Assembly: GCA_016214555.1 (NCBI GenBank)
Contig: JACROF010000002.1
Span: forward strand, 69,416 to 133,415
DNA length: 64,000 nucleotides
From: Candidatus Levyibacteriota bacterium
GTDB lineage: Bacteria > Patescibacteriota > Microgenomatia > Levybacterales > UBA12049
Reading direction: 5' to 3'
Shown: one piece after another, positions 57,124 to 64,000 of the stretch
Layout: every line of letters starts with the position of its first letter
Position numbering within the stretch: position 1 is the first letter of the stretch
Program-made: the position numbers and the translations under genes
Notes under the pieces: model-generated
The model's input: the letters and a program-made list of their open reading frames with translations, nothing else
Database searches by the model: none
What the model was told of the DNA's origin: nothing

Positions 57124-57196
57124 TGCTGAGGGTCAGAGTCGAACTGACATGGCCTGTTCTTCAGACAGGTGCCTTGACCACCTTGGCTACCTCAGC
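57124..57196 (-). tRNA. tRNA-Phe (anticodon GAA)
   Basis: GCTGAGG-TA-GCC AAGGTGGTCA AGGC-A-CCTGT CTGAAGA ACAGG-CCAT-GTCAG TTCGACT CTGAC-CCTCAGC-A. The D stem has only 3 bp plus a mismatch. Confidence 0.65.
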
Positions 57197-57312
57197 CTGT
57201 ACTAACGGTGCAACTATGAAGATACTGCCTAAGAAACTCAACGAACACCCGAAACAAGTACTATCGTCAAAAAACCGTTAGTACAGGCCTCAGCTTATGC
57301 GTTTCATAAAAT

Positions 57313-57573
57313 TTAGGCTCGGTTAGTATACCAGTTTTTAAGTCTCTTTCTCAAGTAAGTTTTTCCTAGCCTACTTTTTAAATATTTTTCTCTCTTGTAT
57401 GCATCCTCCCTTTCTACACATGCTTCGTAATAAATAAGATCGAAGGGCAGATAAGGTTTTGTTGAGGTTACTTTACCAGCATTATGCTCGATAAATCTGA
57501 TTTTTAAGTCCTGGGTACATCCTGTATAAAAATAGCTTCGCACTCTACTTGAAAGAATATAGACATAGTGCAT
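57313..57573 (-). CDS. GIY-YIG nuclease-family small protein
   Basis: HYVYILSSRVRSYFYTGCTQDLKIRFIEHN. Third paralog in the window; adjacent to tRNA-Phe. Confidence 0.7.
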   Translation of the reverse strand: MHYVYILSSRVRSYFYTGCTQDLKIRFIEHNAGKVTSTKPYLPFDLIYYEACVEREDAYKREKYLKSRLGKTYLRKRLKNWYTNRA

Positions 57574-57816
57574 AGCTTATGTTTAGTAAAGCATACTATC
57601 AAAGTCAGATCAAACTAGGCAAAGAAAAACCCCCTGGCGAACCAGGGGGCAAATTCAGTTGTTCTGTAACCTTTCGGGTCACATCGCAGAAAGCCTTCCG
57701 CGAACCCCATACGGGGTGAGATTGTCCTTAGAAACATTTGGAGCCGCATGGCTCCGAAACTGAGAACATGAGAAGTATATCATACTATCTCATGAAAGTC
57801 AAGACTATAGGGCAAT

Positions 57817-58182
57817 TTAACCCAATTGTGTTGTCATGTTGTACCAGAGGCTAAGCTCGTCCCCGTACTTCCAGCAGTCAATAAGCACGCCGACTGCCTT
57901 GTCAAAATGCACACCAGCCACGCCATCGATATCAGCTTCAATCATCAGCTGATATGCAACATCTTTTAGATGATAGCCTTTTTGTATTTCAGCCTGGATA
58001 AGCCGTGCCCACCTCTCAACAAAATCCCTAAAGACTCGACCTTCATCCTGAATACTCGTATTCCAGGCATCTTGGTCAGAAATTGCAAAGGCAGGTGCAT
58101 GCTCAAGTCTAATTTCCATAGCCCGAGCTTTAAGCTCATGATCGACAACCCAACGTCTTGTTGCAGTATCATCTGACAACAT
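57817..58182 (-). CDS. hypothetical protein (121 aa)
   Basis: GAAAGGAGTG RBS before the ATG at 58182. The ORF-track 5' extension overlaps tRNA-Val and is rejected. Confidence 0.5.
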   Translation of the reverse strand: MLSDDTATRRWVVDHELKARAMEIRLEHAPAFAISDQDAWNTSIQDEGRVFRDFVERWARLIQAEIQKGYHLKDVAYQLMIEADIDGVAGVHFDKAVGVLIDCWKYGDELSLWYNMTTQLG

Positions 58183-58263
58183 TTCAGACACTCCTTTCAA
58201 TGTGCTAGGGAACGTAGGGCAATTGTATGAAAGGGGATAGAGGGAGTCAAGTGGAGGAGATTG

Positions 58264-58336
58264 TGGACCCTGCAAGGCTCGAACTCGCGACATCTTCAGT
58301 GTAAATGAAGCGCTCTACCAACTGAGCTAAGGGTCC
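58264..58336 (-). tRNA. tRNA-Val (anticodon TAC)
   Basis: GGACCCT-TA-GCTC AGTTGGTA GAGC-G-CTTCA TTTACAC TGAAG-ATGTC-GCGAG TTCGAGC CTTGC-AGGGTCC-A. Confidence 0.85.
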
Positions 58337-58439
58337 AGGTAGTGTCGGGCGGATCTAATCGTCCGAAAACAAGTCTGTCTATTATATACAAATCATAGAA
58401 GAATTATCAATAAAAAGGGGAGGCATTGCCTCCCCAGAA

Positions 58440-58736
58440 TTAGATTCTCATGTCTTTATCGCAATCAGGACAGTTGGTTGCGCCACTTGGCGTCAGTTTA
58501 TGCGGACATTTTGCAACAAGCTCCTCAATACGTCTTGTCAGTCTTCGCTCTTGTGCGTCCATAATGCGTTTTTCACTTCTTATTTTTTTGAGTCGAACTC
58601 TCGCATCAAGAAGCTCATTTCGCTCACGGACTGTTAGCCGTGGTCTCTTACGAAGTTTATTTCGTCGCTTTATTTCACTATACCCTGAGTCATACATCGT
58701 ATTACTCCGACTAAACCAACGCGACATTTCGCACAA
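58440..58736 (-). CDS. hypothetical basic protein with C-terminal CxxC...CxxC zinc ribbon
   Basis: Arg/Lys-rich. The start is uncertain; there is an internal ATG at MYDSGY. Confidence 0.35.
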   Translation of the reverse strand: MCEMSRWFSRSNTMYDSGYSEIKRRNKLRKRPRLTVRERNELLDARVRLKKIRSEKRIMDAQERRLTRRIEELVAKCPHKLTPSGATNCPDCDKDMRI

Positions 58737-58870
58737 GGATTATAACACAGGGGAAGATCTCACCAAAAAACCATAAGAAATTAATAACTATAAAAATTAG
58801 TACACAGAAAGAGTCTTACGAAGCTTAGAAATTTTTGAAAGTGTTTAGGAGAGATATACAGAAAATAGTG

Positions 58871-58910
58871 TTTTATATAAATATTCCCGCTCGCCACATG
58901 GGCGAGCGGG
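58871..58910 (-). terminator. intrinsic terminator (10-bp stem cccgctcgcc/ggcgagcggg)
   Basis: Downstream of the 58937..59599 minus-strand gene. An A/T-rich run follows on the transcribed strand. Confidence 0.55.
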
Positions 58911-58936
58911 ACGAAGCAGCGATTGCTGCTGAATAA

Positions 58937-59599
58937 CTACTGGTCAGGAAAATCGTCAGTGGGAGCGCCTTTTGCATCGGACTCCGCATTGATCGCATCG
59001 ACATCGATGACGCCATTATCTGACGTATCGGTGTTGAGGTGGTGCACGTAATAGAATCCATTTGCTGGATTTTGAACAAGCTCCACCGGGTCGCTGTACA
59101 CGTGAGCGTACTCTTCGACCTGCTCGACGTGATATTTACCGTTTCTGAGGCAGACCACATCAGTTTGTGAGGACACTACGAGATCTTTGTAAAGACCGTC
59201 TGTGTCCGGCTGTCCCATAGCAAGTGTCTCATTGGCATCATGGCCGTTGTCGACCTGCTTTGGGTACTGGTTGTTGGTCGGCGATACACCAAATGGTAGT
59301 CCATACCCCCGGCTTTCGCACATGTCAACAGCACCCACTCCTTCGAGATAAAAGACCGTCCAGGTCGTTGACAACTTGGAGATCTTCATATCGTCGATTT
59401 GCTGCTTCAGAGCCCTTGGGGCGCTGAAAGGGTAGAAGTGGAATCGTTGATTCTCGAAGTACCACTTGTTCTGGATGCCAACGAGATCGTTGACATCATC
59501 GTCCACGCCGGCCGCCGCAGTGAGCGTTGGCAGCATGACGATCGTCAATAGGATCACGAACGCATTTCTCCAGGAGAAAATCTTTGCTTTCACTGTCAC
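58937..59599 (-). CDS. secreted hypothetical protein (220 aa), GC-rich
   Basis: Signal peptide MTVKAKIFSWRNAFVILLTIVMLPTLTAAA. Confidence 0.5.
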   Translation of the reverse strand: MTVKAKIFSWRNAFVILLTIVMLPTLTAAAGVDDDVNDLVGIQNKWYFENQRFHFYPFSAPRALKQQIDDMKISKLSTTWTVFYLEGVGAVDMCESRGYGLPFGVSPTNNQYPKQVDNGHDANETLAMGQPDTDGLYKDLVVSSQTDVVCLRNGKYHVEQVEEYAHVYSDPVELVQNPANGFYYVHHLNTDTSDNGVIDVDAINAESDAKGAPTDDFPDQ

Positions 59600-59634
59600 T
59601 CCTTCTTTTGTTGAAGCGTCCGTTCAGGATGTCG

Positions 59635-60075
59635 CTACTTGCGACATCCGTGCAGATTCATGAGCGTAATCGCTCGAGGCGAAACGTACTGGTGAAGATC
59701 TTCATCATCGAGAGTCACAGCAGCAGCGCACATGTACTCAACGTCGTATTTTTGTGACGTTGACCACGTCGCTGGCTCGGACTCATCGAATCCCTGAACA
59801 GTCGGCGCGAGAAGGTCAAAGTCTTGGAGGAATCCATCAATTTCAGCCTTGCGGGCCAAAACCCAGTCAAGCTGCTTGATGATGCCCTCTGTTCTGACGT
59901 CTTCTCGTTCATTTCTGGCTCCTTGAAGCCAGGTGTCGATCTTGATCACACCGAATGCCTGAAGGCCTCCGAGACCAAGAGCGAATACGGATAGAATGAT
60001 CAAGATGATCATCCATCCAGCAATGCCTGGTGTATCTTTTACACCCGGCCCAAAGACTACTCTGTCCTGACGCAC
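59635..60075 (-). CDS. membrane hypothetical protein (146 aa), GC-rich
   Basis: One TM helix near the N-terminus. Confidence 0.45.
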   Translation of the reverse strand: MRQDRVVFGPGVKDTPGIAGWMIILIILSVFALGLGGLQAFGVIKIDTWLQGARNEREDVRTEGIIKQLDWVLARKAEIDGFLQDFDLLAPTVQGFDESEPATWSTSQKYDVEYMCAAAVTLDDEDLHQYVSPRAITLMNLHGCRK

Positions 60076-60360
60076 ACCGTTCTCCTAACTACTGACCCTA
60101 TGGTTTACGCCCATGCGAAAACCTAGAGACCAGATACCACTCGACAAAATATTATCAAGTCGGATCTGGTCATAGAGACGCAGCTGAAGGAGAAGTTCTG
60201 TATATCTTATTAAAGATCGCACTGTAAATAACAATGCACTTAATATTATACAGTATTTTTATCTTTTTTGCAATATTATAGGCTATTTGTAATAAAAGGA
60301 GTATGGCTGGGAAAGGTGCGAAATCCCCGTAGAGAAAACCCTCAGGAAGCGAAAGACTTG

Positions 60361-60443
60361 TGCGGATGAGAGGAGTTGAACCTCCACACCCTTGCGGGCA
60401 CTACCACCTCAAGGTAGCGTGTATACCATTTCACCACATCCGC
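60361..60443 (-). tRNA. tRNA-Leu (anticodon GAG)
   Basis: GCGGATG-TG-GTG AAATGGTATA CAC-G-CTACC TTGAGGT GGTAG- long variable arm -GGAGG TTCAACT CCTCT-CATCCGC-A. Confidence 0.85.
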
Positions 60444-60589
60444 TCGTCAAAGCTCGATTTTACCCCTTCATCCCGATCTAATCGGGATTTTGGATGCCAA
60501 TCGGCTTCTCCTCTCAAAATGCTTTGCATTTTGGAATAAAAAACAATTACTGAATTATAACAAACTTGATCGCTATTGACTAGAAAGCC

Positions 60590-60621
60590 AAAAAAAATCC
60601 CGCGTACGTTAGTACGCGGGA
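60590..60621 (-). terminator. intrinsic terminator (tcccgcgtac-gtta-gtacgcggga) with A/T run
   Basis: Immediately downstream of the 60632..61039 minus-strand gene. Confidence 0.6.
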
Positions 60622-60631
60622 ATGGTAAGTC

Positions 60632-61039
60632 TCAAGTCCGTTGAGGCCGAGTGATAGGGTAAATATCAACGAAATCAACCCAAAACTCTGTAGTCAATTT
60701 TTTCTTAAGAGCTGCCAACTTCTCGCTGGCCTCTTCGTTTCGAGGGTCATTCTCAATAAGTGCCCACGGGCCATGCTCAGGTGACAGTGTAAAAGAGAGC
60801 CACCCTGCAAAAACCTGAGGGAGTCTCACATCATGCCTCCTAAGCCAAAACCACCGAGGATTTCTCCTCGAGACGTATTTGGCAGGACCAAAACAAAAAG
60901 GAAACCAAAAAGAGCCATCTGCCATCACACGATAAAATGCTTTTTCTTTCTCAGGAACTTGATCGTATCCCTGCTCGCGCATGAAATCCACTACATCCTG
61001 AGGAGTAAAATCCTTTTGCGGCAAAATAAGCTTGTCCAC
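60632..61039 (-). CDS. hypothetical protein (135 aa)
   Basis: ORF followed by a terminator. No recognised motif. Confidence 0.5.
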   Translation of the reverse strand: MDKLILPQKDFTPQDVVDFMREQGYDQVPEKEKAFYRVMADGSFWFPFCFGPAKYVSRRNPRWFWLRRHDVRLPQVFAGWLSFTLSPEHGPWALIENDPRNEEASEKLAALKKKLTTEFWVDFVDIYPITRPQRT

Positions 61040-61108
61040 TTTTTCCTCCGTTTTTTAACGTGCTAATTGACTGTGGGGATTATATCCTTATAGGATAGGA
61101 GAGTCAAC

Positions 61109-61207
61109 TGTGCCCAGAAGGAGACTCGAACTCCTCGTCTTGCAGCACTGACACCCGAGCCAGCGTGTCAATCCACCTCGGCTTAAGGTGTAGCCGAGTC
61201 GAGACAG
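61109..61207 (-). other. tRNA-like fragment: T arm + 3' acceptor strand without a matching 5' half
   Basis: Minus strand reads ...GAGGAG TTCGAGT CTCCT TCTGGGC A. The upstream region begins GCCGAGGTGG like a tRNA-Leu but cannot be folded into a cloverleaf. Confidence 0.3.
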
Positions 61208-61308
61208 GATACTTCACTATATGGGCTTATCAAGAATATTTCACGACTGAAACAAAGTTGAGGCTAACTTGACAACAAAATCATAATTTGTCATGATAAA
61301 AAATACTC

Positions 61309-61710
61309 ATGAGAAAGTTACTACTGCTCTCAACTTTCTTTTCGATTACACCTCTTTTCCTTGTCGTTCTTCTGACATCGCTTGTTTTTGTCACCAAAAA
61401 TGCAGATCGAAAAGAGATAGCAAATGCAAAAAAAACCAAAGTAGCTTTCGCTGCACTTCCAACCGCACAAAATGTCTTTGAAGATACTATAAAAGCATCT
61501 GATGCCCGCGTAGAAATACTTACGCAGTTTTTTTTTTTTTTTTTTGACAACTATCCACAGGCTATAGCGACCATCTCCAAAACCCTTGCTGAAAAATATC
61601 GTGATGCAAATGGCCTAGTAACACCCGATCAAATTCAAAAAATGTACACACCTTCTAGTAATGGCTCATGGGCAAACGGTGTAAATCACTTTATTGAAGT
61701 ACTTCAGTAA
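61309..61710 (+). CDS. small secreted protein containing a (T)18 tract encoding Phe6
   Basis: Signal peptide MRKLLLLSTFFSITPLFLVVLLTSLVFV. The homopolymer at 61528-61545 lies in frame. Confidence 0.45.
   Translation: MRKLLLLSTFFSITPLFLVVLLTSLVFVTKNADRKEIANAKKTKVAFAALPTAQNVFEDTIKASDARVEILTQFFFFFFDNYPQAIATISKTLAEKYRDANGLVTPDQIQKMYTPSSNGSWANGVNHFIEVLQ
61528..61545 (+). repeat. homopolymeric T18 tract
   Basis: Read directly from the sequence. Both the plus-strand ORF (FFFFFF) and an antisense ORF (KKKKK) cross it. Confidence 0.9.
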
Positions 61711-61993
61711 AAAATTGATCATAAAAAATGTTCATATAGCCTCAGCACTCACACTTTAATCACATAATTATCTCAATACCTCTTGACAAACCTATAGTCA
61801 TTTGCTATACTACCACACAGATCCTGAGGTTTGTTTTCCAACACAGACGTCAGGATACAAAAGGATCCTAATGATATAACTCGTTAGGATTTTTTTTATC
61901 TTCAATTTCCTTTTAAATCTTCAGGAATATTCTCCTATACTTCGTATTTTTTGTAAGCGAGGAAGACTTATAACATCCTCACTCACAAAATTT

Positions 61994-62560
61994 ATGAGAA
62001 AGACAGAAGCTATGAAAAAAATAATTGTAACAATCACGGTAGCAATCCTTTTACTCCTTGCTGCTCCAACGTCTTATGCTAAAGACGAAATAGCGGCTTC
62101 TTCTGCTGCGCTTATCAGCCATGTTGAAGGAGATACAGAGGATAATCGCGTGACTCATCTTACTGAATATCTTAAGACCAAAAATTCACCTTTGGTGGAT
62201 TCAGCTGCAACGTTTGTTCAGGAAGCCGATAAATACCAGCTTGACTGGAAATTCGTCGCGGCTATCTCAGGACTTGAGTCAAGCTTTGGAAAGCATATTC
62301 CTGCTTATTCGTATAACGGATGGGGTTGGGGAGTGTATGGTGATAATGTCATGCGATTTTCTTCGTGGGATGAAGCTATTAGTACTATCTCACAGGGTCT
62401 TCGTGAGAATTATATCAACAAGGGCGCAACTGATATTGATAGTATAGGTAAAAGATATGCTGCAAGTCCTACATGGGCACAGCGAGTTAGTTATTTTATG
62501 AGAGAGATTGAGCGATTTGAAAAAAAGATCACAACTAACACTCTTTCCCTTTCTATCTAA
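61994..62560 (+). CDS. secreted protein, possible peptidoglycan hydrolase (lysozyme-like / glucosaminidase-like motif)
   Basis: Signal peptide. FVAAISGLESSFGK...NGWGWGVYG resembles the catalytic-Glu region of GH73/SLT-type muramidases. The call is tentative. There is an alternative start at 62012. Confidence 0.4.
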   Translation: MRKTEAMKKIIVTITVAILLLLAAPTSYAKDEIAASSAALISHVEGDTEDNRVTHLTEYLKTKNSPLVDSAATFVQEADKYQLDWKFVAAISGLESSFGKHIPAYSYNGWGWGVYGDNVMRFSSWDEAISTISQGLRENYINKGATDIDSIGKRYAASPTWAQRVSYFMREIERFEKKITTNTLSLSI

Positions 62561-62685
62561 TTGCCGTATAATTAACAACACTTTATAGTTGCGCGCCGCG
62601 AGGCTCGCTTGGGAATTACCCGAGCAGCGCAACCTTAAAGGGAAATCGTTGGGAAAAACCGCGAGGTTTGTCCCACGCAGCGCGC

Positions 62686-62770
62686 GCGGATGTGGTGAAA
62701 TGGTAGACACGCTGGTTTTAGGAACCAGTGCCTAAACAGCATGGGGGTTCGAGTCCCTTCATCCGCACCA
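62686..62770 (+). tRNA. tRNA-Leu (anticodon TAG), CCA encoded
   Basis: GCGGATG-TG-GTG AAATGGTAGA CAC-G-CTGGT TTTAGGA ACCAG- long variable arm -GGGGG TTCGAGT CCCTT-CATCCGC-ACCA. The only plus-strand tRNA in the window. Confidence 0.85.
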
Positions 62771-62862
62771 ATACCTCCTCTAATCCACTAACATCCTGTA
62801 ATATGTTATAATTCCCGGATCGCACACGATGTGTGTGCACTAGCACCTTAAGGAGGAATAAC

Positions 62863-63495
62863 ATGCTCGTAACACGTAATGAAGCTCAAGCTACATTTAC
62901 CCTTATTCCGCAATCAGCGGATGAGGATAGGAAAGTAGAAAGAGTTTTAAGAAGTGTTGCCCCTAAAAGTAGACTTACATATGGAGGCAGGGATTCTGAC
63001 GCAAGTGGACGAAGTACCAGAGTTACATTTTCTGGCTTCGATATTACTGTCCCACCCGCTGAAAATGAGCCTTTCATCGATCAAATTCGAAATATAGCCT
63101 ATTTTGGAGCTGGCCTTCACCTTCTTGGAGAAACCACCACAGATAATGGCCGCATAGCGCTTCTTGTCACTGGTGGATTTTGCAAAGTTTGCGGTGGCAA
63201 TATCATTGAGTGGGGACGTTCCGAGTGGGCTACCTGCTCTGCATGCGTTCAGAAATGCCAGCACCAGTATGAAAAAGGTGCAGTGCATGGAGGAAATGTA
63301 GATATTGGAGTAGGTTTGTTTTGTGGAATTTGTGGCGTTGCAAAACCACGTGACCCAGACGAGGCTGTGATGATGCAAGCAGATCGTCATCAGGCCGTTT
63401 CAGACGAGCTGGGAATCCTAGTCGCAACGGAGCTAACAGAAGAGGTTCTTCTGGAGGCTATTGCGCTCGCAAAGGAGCATGCGCGAGCAGCATGA
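62863..63495 (+). CDS. hypothetical Cys-rich protein (CKVCGG...CSACVQKC...CGICG)
   Basis: AGGAGG RBS 6 nt before the ATG at 62863. The ORF-track upstream extension is rejected. Confidence 0.5.
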   Translation: MLVTRNEAQATFTLIPQSADEDRKVERVLRSVAPKSRLTYGGRDSDASGRSTRVTFSGFDITVPPAENEPFIDQIRNIAYFGAGLHLLGETTTDNGRIALLVTGGFCKVCGGNIIEWGRSEWATCSACVQKCQHQYEKGAVHGGNVDIGVGLFCGICGVAKPRDPDEAVMMQADRHQAVSDELGILVATELTEEVLLEAIALAKEHARAA

Positions 63496-63566
63496 TCATC
63501 TGGGGACACGACGAAAGTACGGTCCCCACTTTCTCTTAACCTTATTTCTATGGTATACTACTCCTC

Positions 63567-64000
63567 ATGAAATCAGTCTTAACACGCCACGAAGACGGCA
63601 CTATAGATCTTCACATCACCATCCCACATACAAAAATCAAAGAAACTTTAGAAAAATCACTCCAGCACATGATAAAGACTGCAAAAATTCCAGGCTTTCG
63701 CCCTGGTAAGGCTCCTAAGAAAGTCGTTGAGGAGTCAATCAACAAATCAAAATTACAAGAAGAAGTACTCAAAGAGCTTATCCCATCAGCATATATTGAT
63801 GCCGTCAAAGAGCATGACCTCAAGCCAATCATCAATCCAAGAGTCAATGTTGAAAAAGTAGAAGAAGGAAAAGATTGGGAATTTGTCGCAACAACTTGTG
63901 AATTGCCGAAAGTCACTATGGGAGATTACAAAAAGAAAGTTGCCGCATTTACAGCAAAAAATAAAATTGCTATTCCTGGAAAAGAACAAGAAAAACCATC
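63567..64000 (+). CDS. tig: trigger factor, N-terminal part (runs off window end)
   Basis: MKSVLTRHEDGTIDLHITIPHTKIKETLEKSLQHMIKTAKIPGFRPGKAPKKVVE matches the ribosome-binding domain signature GFRPGKxP. Confidence 0.8.
   Translation, partial: MKSVLTRHEDGTIDLHITIPHTKIKETLEKSLQHMIKTAKIPGFRPGKAPKKVVEESINKSKLQEEVLKELIPSAYIDAVKEHDLKPIINPRVNVEKVEEGKDWEFVATTCELPKVTMGDYKKKVAAFTAKNKIAIPGKEQEKP

Noticed and set aside
56897-57196. CRISPR array.
   Set aside because: The repeats are degenerate, only 3 units are present, the period (~110-118 bp) is far too long, and the repeat is the 3' end of a tRNA.
60471-60492. Forward-strand hairpin plus TTTTGG just upstream of the tRNA-Leu(GAG) 5' end.
   Set aside because: No plus-strand gene ends here, and on the minus strand it lacks a U tract. 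It may be an insulator or a processing structure, but there is no evidence for a function.
61109-61500. tmRNA (ssrA) 3' domain hypothesis for the orphan T arm.
   Set aside because: A tmRNA would need a 5' acceptor strand complementary to TCTGGGC a few hundred nt upstream. None is present, and a protein-coding gene occupies that space.
61281-61550. Minus-strand ORF starting with TTG and encoding KKKKK across the T18/A18 tract.
   Set aside because: It is shorter and lacks an RBS. The plus-strand ORF has a signal peptide and is preferred, though neither is certain.

Overview
Low-GC (by eye roughly high-30s % GC) bacterial chromosome segment. Organisation looks like a small-genome, host-associated or CPR/Patescibacteria-like organism (inference: tRNA genes singly scattered, many short hypothetical genes, very strong GGAGGTG Shine-Dalgarno sites). 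The standard genetic code is in use: long ORFs are intact and TGA terminates several genes.

Recognisable housekeeping genes: purD, uppP, sodA, rlmB-like SpoU methylase, trigger factor (partial, runs off the 3' edge), an RND efflux pair, an OmpR/histidine-kinase two-component system, MntP, an AI-2E transporter, a serine-type D-Ala-D-Ala carboxypeptidase, GT2/GT4 glycosyltransferases, an SDR oxidoreductase, NUDIX hydrolases, a CBS protein, and several SAM methyltransferases. There are 11 tRNA genes, 10 of them on the minus strand.

Two regions stand out.

(1) About 20.1-31.9 kb is a dense locus of secreted proteins:
- a TasA/camelysin-like protein, a SipW-type signal peptidase and a lamin-tail-domain protein, all with the SipW-cognate signal motif;
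- two RTX calcium-binding-repeat proteins, one of them split by a single in-frame TGA;
- a sortase next to an LPATG-anchored protein;
- five paralogous proteins built from a ~70-90 aa Asn/Thr/Gly/Asp-rich module with twin TGG(N/D) motifs, curli-like Q-x-G-G-N-x-A stretches and a conserved Cys-Gly-Cys or Cys-Cys spacer, which I cannot assign to any family I know.
The locus is preceded by a promoter plus a ~195 nt leader ending in two tandem intrinsic terminators.

(2) About 50.3-60.2 kb is a compositionally mosaic, GC-richer block. It carries five tRNA genes, tandem copies of the tRNA-Phe 3' end, a pseudo tRNA-Gly fragment and several high-GC hypothetical genes. No integrase is visible.

No CRISPR array, rRNA or recognisable transposase is present.
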